A DNA stretch of 32,991 nucleotides from an uncultured Methanosarcinales archaeon (GTDB taxonomy: Archaea > Nanobdellota > Nanobdellia > Woesearchaeales > B29-G15): the NCBI GenBank assembly GCA_964407035.1, contig CAYOTZ010000002.1, forward strand, positions 1 through 32,991, in the 5' to 3' direction. The translations under genes and the position numbers were made by a program. Every line of letters begins with the position of its first letter. Position 1 is the first letter of the stretch. The notes beneath the pieces are model-generated. The model was not told where the DNA came from. It did no database searches and worked only from the letters and a program-made list of their open reading frames with translations. Shown here one piece after another: positions 12,695 to 21,963 of this stretch.

Positions 12695-12706
12695 TATATA
12701 TATATA
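12695..12706. repeat. (TA)6 microsatellite in divergent promoter region
   Basis: TATATATATATA read directly. It lies 24 nt upstream of the Na/Pi transporter ATG (12670, minus strand), so it probably doubles as its TATA element. Confidence 0.8.
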
Positions 12707-12721
12707 ATTATGCTACATAAA

Positions 12722-12749
12722 CTATATAATAATGGAAAAATTTATATAG
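12722..12749. promoter_or_regulatory. Inverted repeat overlapping the phoU-like TATA box (possible operator)
   Basis: CTATATAA (12722-12729) and TTATATAG (12742-12749) are exact reverse complements separated by 12 nt. The right arm overlaps TTTATATA (12741-12748), which sits 22 nt before the GTG at 12771. The AT-rich context makes a chance match plausible. Confidence 0.25.
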
Positions 12750-12770
12750 TTAATATCCTTATATTATGAG

Positions 12771-13721
12771 GTGCATAAGAGAAAAATACAATTAATTGCT
12801 GGAACAACTTACACTGTATCGTTACCAAAAGAGTGGATTAGGAAAAATAATCTAAAAGAAAAAAATGAAATTTTTCTTTATGAAAAAAACGATAGAACAT
12901 TGATTCTATCTCCTAACTCAATAGAAGGAAAAAAATTAGATGAGATATCCTTGAATATTGATGAATATACATCTAATATTGACCAGGTGCTATTTGCAGT
13001 ATATTATTTAGGGATTGAAAATATAAACTTGTTCTCTAAGAAAGAGATAACAAAAGAGGTTAAGGCGAAGATTAGAAAAACGATTACACATATGAGTGGT
13101 ACTGAAATAAGTTATGAAGATAAAGAAAAAATTACAATAAAAGTGTTATTGGACAAGTCCAAGGTGGATATTACTCAACTGGTTTATAGGATAAGTTTGA
13201 TTATTGAATCGTCTATTTCAAATATCTTGGAACAATTAGATATTAACGAAATAAGGATTAATGAGAATGAAATTGACAGGTTGTACCATTTAATAGCAAA
13301 AATGGTTTCCTTATCATTAATAGATTCAAATGTTTTATATTCTTCTAAAATAAGGAATGTGTCATTGATTCCTGCTTATTTTTTAATAGCTAAAAGATTA
13401 GAAAATATTGGAGATAATATCAATCATCTTTCAGAATACCTACATAAAACAAAAGTTAACTTTGAAAATAAGAAAGAAATTTTAAATTTTATTAAAAATG
13501 AATTTGACAGAAGTATAAAGTATATAATGAGTTGTTCATCTAAAATTTTTGAAAAAATAAATGTCAAAAATCTAAAAATGATAAATTATTCTATTTCAAA
13601 ATTAAAAAACAAAACTATTCAAAATTATTTAGAAGATATAATTAGATATATTGTTGATATAGAAGAGGAAATAGTCAATATATCTTTTTATAAACAATTA
13701 ATCCATAATAATTTTCTATGA
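12771..13721 (+). CDS. phoU: Phosphate uptake regulator, AbrB/SpoVT N-terminal domain fused to PhoU repeats
   Basis: The N-terminus KIQLIAGTTYTVSLPKEWIRKNNL is an AbrB-type swapped-hairpin motif. PhoU-type helices are present (ENEIDRLYHLI, AKRLENIGDNINHLSEY). GTG start with a TATA box 22 nt upstream. The gene is divergent from the Na/Pi transporter. Confidence 0.85.
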   Translation: MHKRKIQLIAGTTYTVSLPKEWIRKNNLKEKNEIFLYEKNDRTLILSPNSIEGKKLDEISLNIDEYTSNIDQVLFAVYYLGIENINLFSKKEITKEVKAKIRKTITHMSGTEISYEDKEKITIKVLLDKSKVDITQLVYRISLIIESSISNILEQLDINEIRINENEIDRLYHLIAKMVSLSLIDSNVLYSSKIRNVSLIPAYFLIAKRLENIGDNINHLSEYLHKTKVNFENKKEILNFIKNEFDRSIKYIMSCSSKIFEKINVKNLKMINYSISKLKNKTIQNYLEDIIRYIVDIEEEIVNISFYKQLIHNNFL

Positions 13722-13841
13722 AAACAACAATGCTTGGTTCTTAAATCCTAAAAGAGGTAAGAAAAGCAGCCAAATTTTTCGAATACTTAACACACATGTT
13801 TTGGAAAAGTTTAAATAACAAGTGTTGTTCTTTAGGCAAGG

Positions 13842-14285
13842 GTGATTATAATGGCAATAGTGGGTTTTGGTTTTAACCTTATGGAAGTGGAGCGCAAGAA
13901 ACCGATAAGCGGCAAGGTAACAATAAAGAACAACATAGCTATAAAGAATGTCGAGCAGTACAATCCAGAACTCGCAAAAAAGTCCAATACAGACGGGTTG
14001 CGCTTTGAGTTTGAGTTCATATCAAACTACGAACCAAGTATGGGTAGAATTCGGCTGGTGGGCGAGGTTTTCTACCTGGGTGATAAGAAAACGGTTCAGC
14101 AGACATTGAAAACATGGAAAAAGGAAAAGAAAGTAGCAAAAGAGCTGTTGCCTGTTATACTGAACTATGCACTGAACCGGGCTCATGTCCAAGCAATATC
14201 TCTTAGTAAGGACGCTGCATTGCCTCCACCGATACAGATGCCAAGAATAAAAATGGGCAATGAGAATAAAAACTATATAGGTTAA
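13842..14285 (+). CDS. Hypothetical protein, possible SecB-like fold
   Basis: 147-aa ORF. The C-terminal LPVILNYALNRAHVQAISLSKDAALPPPIQMPRI resembles the SecB pattern (LFPYAR...FPPL.L.PVNF). TTTAAATA (13810-13817) is 24 nt before the GTG at 13842. An alternative ATG at 13851 is preceded by GGTGA. Confidence 0.55.
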   Translation: MIIMAIVGFGFNLMEVERKKPISGKVTIKNNIAIKNVEQYNPELAKKSNTDGLRFEFEFISNYEPSMGRIRLVGEVFYLGDKKTVQQTLKTWKKEKKVAKELLPVILNYALNRAHVQAISLSKDAALPPPIQMPRIKMGNENKNYIG

Positions 14286-14287
14286 TT

Positions 14288-14295
14288 TTTTAAAT
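14288..14295 (+). promoter_or_regulatory. TATA-like box for cysS
   Basis: TTTTAAAT exactly 22 nt upstream of the ATG at 14318. Confidence 0.35.
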
Positions 14296-14317
14296 TACGC
14301 ACTCTTGGTTTTCTGCA

Positions 14318-15730
14318 ATGGTAATTAAGTTTTACAACACATTAACAAGGAAAAAGGAAGAATTCAAGCCAATCAAGCAAGGAGAAGTCCGTATGTATTC
14401 TTGTGGACCTACAGTATATGATTATGTACACATAGGTAACCTCAGGGCTTTTGTTGTTTCCGACCTAATTGCGAGATATCTCAGGTTCAAGGGCTACAAG
14501 GTCATCAAGGTAATGAACATTACAGATGTTGACGACAAGACAATTGCTGCTGCTCAGTGTAAAGGTATCCCGTTGTCCAAATATACAGAGCATTATACAA
14601 GGGCTTTTTTTGAAGACCTTAACACTTTGAACATTGTTCCAGCTGATTATTATCCAAAAGCCACAGAACACATCAGTGATATGGTAGCGCTTATAAAGCG
14701 GATAAAGGCAAAGGGGCACACCTATGAGCTAAATGGCTCCACTTACTTTAGGATAGCGAGCTTCCCCAATTACGGCAAGCTTGCGCACCTCGATTTTAAC
14801 AAGCTAATAGCAAACGCTCAAGGTCGGTTTGATTCTGATGAATACGACAAGGAGAACGCCCGTGATTTCGTGCTTTGGAAAGCCTGGAAACCGAGTGACT
14901 GTAATGTGTTCTGGGAAACCGAGCTGGGTAAGGGCAGGCCTGGGTGGCATATAGAGTGTTCTGCAATGTCAATGAGGTACCTTGGCGAGAGCTTTGATAT
15001 ACATACTGGCGGGGTTGATTTAATCTTTCCTCACCACACCAATGAGATTGCACAGTCAGAGTCAGCCACTGGCAAGCAGTTTGTTAGGTATTGGCTACAC
15101 AACGAGTACCTCTTTGTCAATGGACAAAAGATGTCCAAAAGCTTGGGCAATTTTTACAAACTCAGAGAGCTAATTGATAAGGGTTTCAAGCCAGAAGCAA
15201 TACGTTACACGCTATTGGCAACGAACTACAGGATGCCTTTGAACTTCACTTTCGAAAGCGTCAAAGCGAGCGAGCGAGCTGTTGAACGCCTTAACAACTT
15301 TATTGCAGAGCTCTACACTGCTGAACAGGGCAAACAGCATGGGGAAATACCTGCTTTGATAAAGAGAACAGAGAAGGGGTTTGAAGCAGCAATGGATGAT
15401 AACCTTAACATATCAAAAGCCCTTGGGATTTTGTTTGATTTCCTGAAAGCTATTTACAAAATTGGTTTCAGCAGTCAAGATGCTGAGCAATTGCTTGGGT
15501 TTCTCAAGAAAATTGACATGGTCCTTGGTGTGATGGACTTTACAGAGCCAGTTGGCATACTAACCGCTGACATTGAGAACTTGATAGTAGAACGAAACGA
15601 AGCACGTGCCAAAAGGGACTGGGCAAGGGCAGATGCTATAAGGAACAAGTTAAAAGCAAGGGGTATAGAGCTAATTGACACGCCTCATGGTACAAAGTGG
15701 CGTAGAATTACTAAAAATGACCATTCATAA
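14318..15730 (+). CDS. cysS: Cysteinyl-tRNA synthetase
   Basis: 470 aa with CGPTVYDYVHIGNLR (HIGH), WHIECS, and KMSKSLGN. Confidence 0.97.
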   Translation: MVIKFYNTLTRKKEEFKPIKQGEVRMYSCGPTVYDYVHIGNLRAFVVSDLIARYLRFKGYKVIKVMNITDVDDKTIAAAQCKGIPLSKYTEHYTRAFFEDLNTLNIVPADYYPKATEHISDMVALIKRIKAKGHTYELNGSTYFRIASFPNYGKLAHLDFNKLIANAQGRFDSDEYDKENARDFVLWKAWKPSDCNVFWETELGKGRPGWHIECSAMSMRYLGESFDIHTGGVDLIFPHHTNEIAQSESATGKQFVRYWLHNEYLFVNGQKMSKSLGNFYKLRELIDKGFKPEAIRYTLLATNYRMPLNFTFESVKASERAVERLNNFIAELYTAEQGKQHGEIPALIKRTEKGFEAAMDDNLNISKALGILFDFLKAIYKIGFSSQDAEQLLGFLKKIDMVLGVMDFTEPVGILTADIENLIVERNEARAKRDWARADAIRNKLKARGIELIDTPHGTKWRRITKNDHS

Positions 15731-15748
15731 GTGATTAATCTAAAAAAC

Positions 15749-15756
15749 TTTTTAAA
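15749..15756 (+). promoter_or_regulatory. TATA-like box for the 15779 ORF
   Basis: TTTTTAAA exactly 22 nt upstream of the ATG at 15779. The 48 nt between the cysS stop and this ATG look like promoter sequence rather than coding sequence. Confidence 0.35.
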
Positions 15757-15778
15757 TTTTTGTTTGTTCTTAGTGGCT

Positions 15779-16759
15779 ATGGTTGAGAGCTTTTTTCCAG
15801 ACTCAGTGGCAGGGCTCTATACTCCTGAGTGCGTGGAGTACAGGAAGGGCTCGAATGAGCGTATTAAGCGTATCCTCAAGCATAGGGCTCAACTGGCTAC
15901 AACACCATTTTATGAGCAGGCTTATCTTGCTTATATCCTTGAAGCATTTGACAATCTCATTATACCATTTCCAGAAATTCTTGAGGAATTGGAAGCACCC
16001 TTTGACATAATAGGTGTGTCTGGCATAAAGCATGGAAGGTGCTTTATGTTTCTAGAACAAAATTCCCCAAAAACTCAGACACAAGAGGGCTTTGGTAAAA
16101 CCGCCCTTGCCCTCAAACTACTCGGCATTGAGATGCCTTATGCTTCAATACCGAGCCAACTTGAGGAGATTGCTGAGTCAGTGTCGTTTGAGTTGCTTCC
16201 ACAAGACACAGGTTGCAAACTCCTTTCGTCTAATATGAGTTATATAGGTAACAACTCGGGCAGATTGGCATTGGCGCTCTCAATCGGCGAACCTGGCTGG
16301 GCATCTTGGGATCTTGCAAGGCATGTTTACAGGGTCAAAGGGCTTTATGATGTTTACGGAGCTCGAAGTAACCCCCAAGCAAGGTCTTATCTAACTCTTC
16401 TCGCTGAGAGACTACTGCTGGATATGGAGTGTTTTGGGAGCAACACACAGCTCCACCTCCCTGATGCTCTCTTTATTATATCTCGCAATCCCTCAGAAGA
16501 GCCGAGGTATGTTAAGTATGAAGTGCTGGAGGGAGAGCAAGCTTTGAGAGTGCTCGAGCAGGTGCTCGTGGTCAATCCAATTTACCATAGCTCAACTTTC
16601 TGGGCAGTGGATGAGAGAGAGCACAAGGCAAGAGTTAATAAACTTGTGAATGCAATAACCAAGCTACCTGCTGTGCTCAAACTCGAGTTGAGTGCTGAGA
16701 GGGGTCAACTGCCAATTGATGCTGCTGCTGAAACTATAGAAAGAGTTTTGCTAAGCTAA
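15779..16759 (+). CDS. Hypothetical protein (no recognisable family)
   Basis: Long ORF with backbone-like composition, 326 aa from ATG 15779 (MVESFFPD...). The tracked start is GTG at 15731, immediately after the cysS stop. The 3' end overlaps valS by 9 nt (convergent). Confidence 0.65.
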   Translation: MVESFFPDSVAGLYTPECVEYRKGSNERIKRILKHRAQLATTPFYEQAYLAYILEAFDNLIIPFPEILEELEAPFDIIGVSGIKHGRCFMFLEQNSPKTQTQEGFGKTALALKLLGIEMPYASIPSQLEEIAESVSFELLPQDTGCKLLSSNMSYIGNNSGRLALALSIGEPGWASWDLARHVYRVKGLYDVYGARSNPQARSYLTLLAERLLLDMECFGSNTQLHLPDALFIISRNPSEEPRYVKYEVLEGEQALRVLEQVLVVNPIYHSSTFWAVDEREHKARVNKLVNAITKLPAVLKLELSAERGQLPIDAAAETIERVLLS

Positions 16760-19180
16760 CTTCGCCTCCAACTTCAGCCCAAATCTCTCTGTGGCTAATT
16801 GCTTTGGTTTGCCATACACTACCTTTCTTGCCCTTGTGGTATGCTTAATGGTTACTTCAAAATCACTAAGCTTTCGCTGCTTGGTTTTCTCAAGCACCAA
16901 CAGCGCTAACTCTGCCTTCAAACTCAACCCCTGCATTGACTTTAGCTTTCTCACCCTAGCAATTATGTCAATAACCCAATCACCGTGCTTCTCAATAGCA
17001 GCATCAACCAATGCTTTGGAATACTTGGGCCAGCTGCAGAGGTGTATGCTCTTTTGCTTCTCGTGTTTGATGAAAAGAGCATGGTAGATCTCCTCTGTGA
17101 CATGCGGTAGCAATGGGGCAATCAACTTGAGCAATGTTAGGAGCACAGTGTAAAGTGTATACTTGGCACTGAGTTTTGCTCCATTCTCCTCCTCAGAGTA
17201 CAACCGCCACTTTATCATTTCTAAGTAATTGTCACAGAACACATGCCAGAAGAACTCCTCCACAAATTGCTTTGTCTTCGAGAACTCATACACCTCAAAG
17301 CTATCAGTGCTTTGCTTAACAATGGCTTGGAGTTTGCTCAGAATCCATTTATCAACTGGGTCAAGCCTCTTGGGCTTAACACTTGGCTTGTAGTTAGAGA
17401 GGTGCGTTATGGCAAACCTCGAAGCGTTCCAGAGTTTTGTGAGGAATTTCTGACCAGTGACAAGCTCTTTCTCTTGGTACGGTAGATCCTCTCCTATTTT
17501 TGATGAGGCAGCCCAGAACCTCAGAGCATCAGCACCAAACCTCTCCAGCACAGTTTCAGGGTGGACAACATTGCCCTTGGATTTGGACATCTTATTGCCA
17601 TGAGGGTCTAAAACAAAGCCATTTATCATAACATTCCGCCATGGAAGTTTCTTCTCGTGCAGATATGACTTTACTACTGTGTTGAACAGCCAGAAAGTTA
17701 TTATATCGTGGCCATTGCTCCTTAAGCTCATAGGGTATGTCTTTTTGAAAAACGCCTCGTCTGAGCGCCACTTTGTGGGTATGAATGGTGTTAGTGACGA
17801 GGTTGCCCAAGTGTCCAGAACATCCTTTTCTGGCTCAAACTCTTTGTGACCGCACTTGGGGCATTTGGTTACAGGCGGTTTGTCAACAAGCGGGTCTACT
17901 GGTAGCTGCTCTTTGCTCGCTATTATCTCACAGTCGCAGTTCTTGCAGTACCAAACAGGTATCGGGATGCCAAAGTAGCGCTGCCTTGAAATGCACCAAT
18001 CCCAGCGCAGCCCTCTCACCCAGTTATCGTACCTTGCCTTCATGTTTTTTGGATACCAGTTAAGCTTATTACCAAGTTCAAGCAGCTTTGGCTTGAGGTC
18101 AAGATACTTGATGAACCACTGCTTTGAAACCAAAAACTCTATTTCTGTGCCGCAGCGCTCATGAACATTCACATCATGGCTTATCTGTTTCTGTCTTTTT
18201 AATAAGCCAGCTGCCTTTAACTCTTTTATGATGGCAGCTCGTGCTTCTTTTATTTTCAAACCAGCGAATTTACCTGCAAGCTCGTTCATCCTACCGTCTT
18301 TTGTTATTGATATCCTCAAGGGTAATTGATGTTCTAAATACCACTCCACATCTGTCTGGTCACCGAATGTGCAGCACATAACTATTCCTGTGCCTTTTTC
18401 CATATCCACTCTGCTGTCCTCAAGAATTGGAACTTCCAAATCAAAAAGAGGCACCTTTGCTTTTTTTCCATTGAGCTTCTTGTAGCGCTTGTCTTCTGGG
18501 TGATAGAAAACAGCCACACAGGATGGCAATAACTCTGGTCTTGTTGTGGATATTATAAGCTCTTTGCCTCCCACTTTGAAAACAATATCACTGAAACTCG
18601 TGCTTAGTGTTTTATCCTTTAACTCCACCTGTGCGATTGCTGTCTGACATTCAGGGCACCATATAATGGGTGCCTCTCGCCTGTATTCTCTACCTATCTC
18701 ATATATCTCTATAAAGCTTAGCTGTGATAACCTCTGCACATTTTTGTCTATAGTGCGGTAACTCAGATTAAGGTCTGGAGATATACCCAATCTGAGAAAC
18801 TGGTTCAGCATGTACTGCTCAGTGTCCCTTGTGTGCTTGAGACAGAGTTTCCTGAACTCATCACGAGGTAAATCCTCTGCCTTAACATTGCACGTCTTCT
18901 CTACAAACCTCTCTGTTGCGAGACCATTGTCATCAAATCCCCATGGATAGAATATCTCATAACCGCACATCCGCCTGTAGCGCATAATGAAGTCTGCTTG
19001 AGAGTATGCCATCGCGTGCCCTATATGCATTGTGCCGGATACAGTTGGCGGTGGCGTGTCCAAAGAGAAAATCTCTTTATCGGATTTGGGATTGAAGCTG
19101 TAAATCTTGTCCTTCTGCCAGTAATCCTGCCATTTCCTCTCTGAACTGCTGAAATCATAACGCTTTGGTAATTCTTTCAC
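16751..19180 (-). CDS. valS: Valyl-tRNA synthetase
   Basis: 809 aa with PPPTVSGTMHIGHAM (HIGH) and KMSKSKGN. GTG start preceded by GGTGA (plus-strand TCACC at 19186-19190). Confidence 0.93.
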   Translation of the reverse strand: MKELPKRYDFSSSERKWQDYWQKDKIYSFNPKSDKEIFSLDTPPPTVSGTMHIGHAMAYSQADFIMRYRRMCGYEIFYPWGFDDNGLATERFVEKTCNVKAEDLPRDEFRKLCLKHTRDTEQYMLNQFLRLGISPDLNLSYRTIDKNVQRLSQLSFIEIYEIGREYRREAPIIWCPECQTAIAQVELKDKTLSTSFSDIVFKVGGKELIISTTRPELLPSCVAVFYHPEDKRYKKLNGKKAKVPLFDLEVPILEDSRVDMEKGTGIVMCCTFGDQTDVEWYLEHQLPLRISITKDGRMNELAGKFAGLKIKEARAAIIKELKAAGLLKRQKQISHDVNVHERCGTEIEFLVSKQWFIKYLDLKPKLLELGNKLNWYPKNMKARYDNWVRGLRWDWCISRQRYFGIPIPVWYCKNCDCEIIASKEQLPVDPLVDKPPVTKCPKCGHKEFEPEKDVLDTWATSSLTPFIPTKWRSDEAFFKKTYPMSLRSNGHDIITFWLFNTVVKSYLHEKKLPWRNVMINGFVLDPHGNKMSKSKGNVVHPETVLERFGADALRFWAASSKIGEDLPYQEKELVTGQKFLTKLWNASRFAITHLSNYKPSVKPKRLDPVDKWILSKLQAIVKQSTDSFEVYEFSKTKQFVEEFFWHVFCDNYLEMIKWRLYSEEENGAKLSAKYTLYTVLLTLLKLIAPLLPHVTEEIYHALFIKHEKQKSIHLCSWPKYSKALVDAAIEKHGDWVIDIIARVRKLKSMQGLSLKAELALLVLEKTKQRKLSDFEVTIKHTTRARKVVYGKPKQLATERFGLKLEAKLA

Positions 19181-19297
19181 AATATCACCTTCGCCAGTGT
19201 TGGCTATGGCTGTTTATAAAATTTATGCCTTGGAACTCTGTTCTTAAAAAGCCAAAATCGGAAAATTATTAAAGCTATATTAGAAAACCAAGTTTTT

Positions 19298-21055
19298 ATG
19301 GCAAGAATAGCAATAGTTGACAAAAAGCGTTGCTCACCAAGCAACTGCGGTAATTTCCTATGTATGCGGGTTTGCCCTGTCAACCGGAAGGGCGAGGACT
19401 GCATAACAGAAGGTGAAGACCACAAGATTACTATAGACGAGAAACTGTGCATAGGTTGTGGGATATGCGTCAAGAAATGCCCTTTCAATGCAATTTCCAT
19501 TATAAACCTACCAGAAGCCCTGGGCAAGCCACCAATTCATTGTTACGGCAAAAACGGGTTTCATCTTTACAATTTGCCGGTACCCATTTTCGGCAAGGTT
19601 GTTGGCATAATAGGCAGAAATGGCATAGGCAAGACTACTGCCATAAAGGTTCTCTCCGGGTTATTGCAGCCAAATCTCGGCAAGCCAAGGCATAAGGCGA
19701 AATTACCAGAACTTATTGAATATTTCAAAGGCACAGAACTTCACAACTACTTTGAGATGTTGGAAACTGGAAAAATGAGGGTTGCTGTCAAGCCACAGCA
19801 GGTTAGTTTGATTCCCAGGCACTTTTCTGGCAATGTTCTGGAATTACTAAAAAAGCTTGATGAAACAGGGAAATATAAAGAGCTAGTGGCAAAGCTGGAA
19901 CTCAAACCGCTCCTCAGCAGAAAGCTGAGCCAGATTTCTGGCGGAGAGTTGCAGAAGGTTGCAATTGCTGCCTGTGCTTTAAAAGATGCCAATGTATATT
20001 TCTTTGACGAGCCAACCTCTTATTTGGATATCAAGCAGCGTATAATGGTGAGCAGCTTTATAAGGAGTTTGGCTAACAAGAACACTGCAGTCGTTGTCAT
20101 AGAGCACGACCTTATATTGCTGGATTATATGACCGACCTGATTCATATTGCATTTGGAAGACCATCTGCTTATGGGGTGATATCTGGATTAAAATCAACA
20201 AGAGAAGGTGTTAATGAATACCTCAGTGGCGTTCTTAGAAAGGAAAACATAAGGTTCAGGGAGACGCGCATCGCGTTTGATGACAAGCCGCCAGCCAAGC
20301 TAACCCACAGGGAAGTGCTTGTTGAGTGGCAACCTCTTGAGAAGAACATGGACACTTTCAAACTTAAAGCAGACAAGGGTATTATACATAAGAAGAACAC
20401 AGTTGGGGTGCTTGGAGAGAACGGCATTGGCAAGACAACCTTTGTTAGGATTCTGGCTGGCGAGCTAAAGCCTGACAAAGGCAAAATATCAGAGAATGTG
20501 AAGGTGAGCTACAAGCCCCAGTACATAGATATTGAGGAACAAACAAAAGTGAAAGACTTTATCAAGGAAGCAGTTATGAATTTCAGGAACGAGCTTATAT
20601 CACCATTGGAGCTTGACAGTGTGCTTAACGAGCAACTAAGGCAGCTTTCAGGTGGTGAGTTGCAGAAGGTAATGATAGCTAAGTGCCTGTCAGCTGACGC
20701 CGACTTGTTTCTGCTGGACGAACCATCTGCCTATCTAGATGTAGAACAAAGGTTGCTCGTATCAAAACTGATAAGAAAGCAAATGGAAACAAGGGGCAAG
20801 TCCGCCCTGATAGTAGACCATGACCTTCTTTTTATCGATTATCTCTCCGACGAGTTGATCGTGTTTGATGGCGAGCCTGCAAAGCATGGTTTGTTGAAAG
20901 GGCCCTTTGAAATGGAAACTGGCATGAACATCTTTTTGCGAAAACTCAGCATTACAATGAGGCGCGACCCAGAAACCAAGAGGCCAAAGATAAACAAAGC
21001 AGAATCGCGACTTGATAGAGAGCAGAAGCGCACAGGCAAGTTATATTACAGTTAA
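19298..21055 (+). CDS. abce1: ABCE1 / RNase L inhibitor-type ribosome recycling ATPase
   Basis: N-terminal double 4Fe-4S region (CSPSNCGNFLCMRVCP; CIGCGICVKKCP). Two Walker A motifs (GRNGIGKTT, GENGIGKTT). Two LSGGELQ signatures. Confidence 0.96.
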   Translation: MARIAIVDKKRCSPSNCGNFLCMRVCPVNRKGEDCITEGEDHKITIDEKLCIGCGICVKKCPFNAISIINLPEALGKPPIHCYGKNGFHLYNLPVPIFGKVVGIIGRNGIGKTTAIKVLSGLLQPNLGKPRHKAKLPELIEYFKGTELHNYFEMLETGKMRVAVKPQQVSLIPRHFSGNVLELLKKLDETGKYKELVAKLELKPLLSRKLSQISGGELQKVAIAACALKDANVYFFDEPTSYLDIKQRIMVSSFIRSLANKNTAVVVIEHDLILLDYMTDLIHIAFGRPSAYGVISGLKSTREGVNEYLSGVLRKENIRFRETRIAFDDKPPAKLTHREVLVEWQPLEKNMDTFKLKADKGIIHKKNTVGVLGENGIGKTTFVRILAGELKPDKGKISENVKVSYKPQYIDIEEQTKVKDFIKEAVMNFRNELISPLELDSVLNEQLRQLSGGELQKVMIAKCLSADADLFLLDEPSAYLDVEQRLLVSKLIRKQMETRGKSALIVDHDLLFIDYLSDELIVFDGEPAKHGLLKGPFEMETGMNIFLRKLSITMRRDPETKRPKINKAESRLDREQKRTGKLYYS

Positions 21056-21056
21056 A

Positions 21057-21064
21057 ATTATAAA
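21057..21064 (+). promoter_or_regulatory. TATA-like box for PHP gene
   Basis: ATTATAAA 23 nt upstream of the ATG at 21088. Confidence 0.3.
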
Positions 21065-21087
21065 GAATTAGCACTTGACCGTAGTTA

Positions 21088-21912
21088 ATGATAGATATAG
21101 AACTACATGCCCATATTGATTTTGATAGAGTTTCTATAGAAGAATTGGTTGCTGGAATAGAGAAGCAAAAACTGGACGCTGTGGCAATTTCTGGATTTGG
21201 CTTCCCTCTGCTTCCTTGTGTAAAGGACAGCTTTGATTATAAGGCGGCTGATAAAGCTGGTCTGTTGCTCAACAACAATTGCTTTTTGCTTGATTCAGGA
21301 GAGTACATGTGTAAGGAAGGGTTTCATATTCTAACAGTTGGCTATTCCTCATACCTAAATAACTCAGAGGCAAGAGAGATTATAGATAAGGCACTACAGC
21401 ATAGCGCATTAGTGGTTATTGCTCATCCTTTTACCTCCAATAATTCTTTTATTTCTTGCAAGCAGCTCAAAGAGAGCAATAGAGAAAAACTCGAGGCATT
21501 ATGTAGAGAATACTCAAATGAAATTTGTCTTGAGTGGAATGCTCATTGCAGGCCGTTTGTTAGGAGGTTACTCAGGTTGGCTCTCGATTTTAATTATGAT
21601 GTGAATGGAGATACCAAAATACTATCAGATGAATTGTTGGCTGCTGGTTATAATGTGCCAGTTGTTGCTGCTACTGACATTCATGTTTTCCGGTCTGAGC
21701 ATCTCAACTATTTGGGGACTTCAAGAATCAGAATCTCACAACTTAGAGCAGAAACACCTGCTGAGTTTCTATACAAAATGAAGCACAGGATTTTCAGTAA
21801 AGAATATGAAAACACCACAAAATATGTGTCTGTTAGGTGCCTTTTTGACTTGTTCCTCATCACCATTTTTGACCCGTATAGCTTTCATCGAAAACCTGCA
21901 AGAAAAGGTTAA
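21088..21912 (+). CDS. PHP-domain metal-dependent phosphoesterase-like protein
   Basis: IELHAHIDFD at the N-terminus, then FHILTVGY, VVIAHPF, EWNAH and AATDIH. This is the PHP histidine/aspartate ladder. Confidence 0.6.
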   Translation: MIDIELHAHIDFDRVSIEELVAGIEKQKLDAVAISGFGFPLLPCVKDSFDYKAADKAGLLLNNNCFLLDSGEYMCKEGFHILTVGYSSYLNNSEAREIIDKALQHSALVVIAHPFTSNNSFISCKQLKESNREKLEALCREYSNEICLEWNAHCRPFVRRLLRLALDFNYDVNGDTKILSDELLAAGYNVPVVAATDIHVFRSEHLNYLGTSRIRISQLRAETPAEFLYKMKHRIFSKEYENTTKYVSVRCLFDLFLITIFDPYSFHRKPARKG

Positions 21913-21963
21913 AAATATTAGACAGTTATAAATAATGCTTTACAAGCATCAGGGTCATACAGA

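Noticed and set aside
8134-19180. Three class I aminoacyl-tRNA synthetases (ileS, cysS, valS) within 11 kb as a functional cluster
   Set aside because: They lie on different strands with independent promoters and are separated by a foreign islet. This is most simply coincidental housekeeping-gene density in a compact genome.
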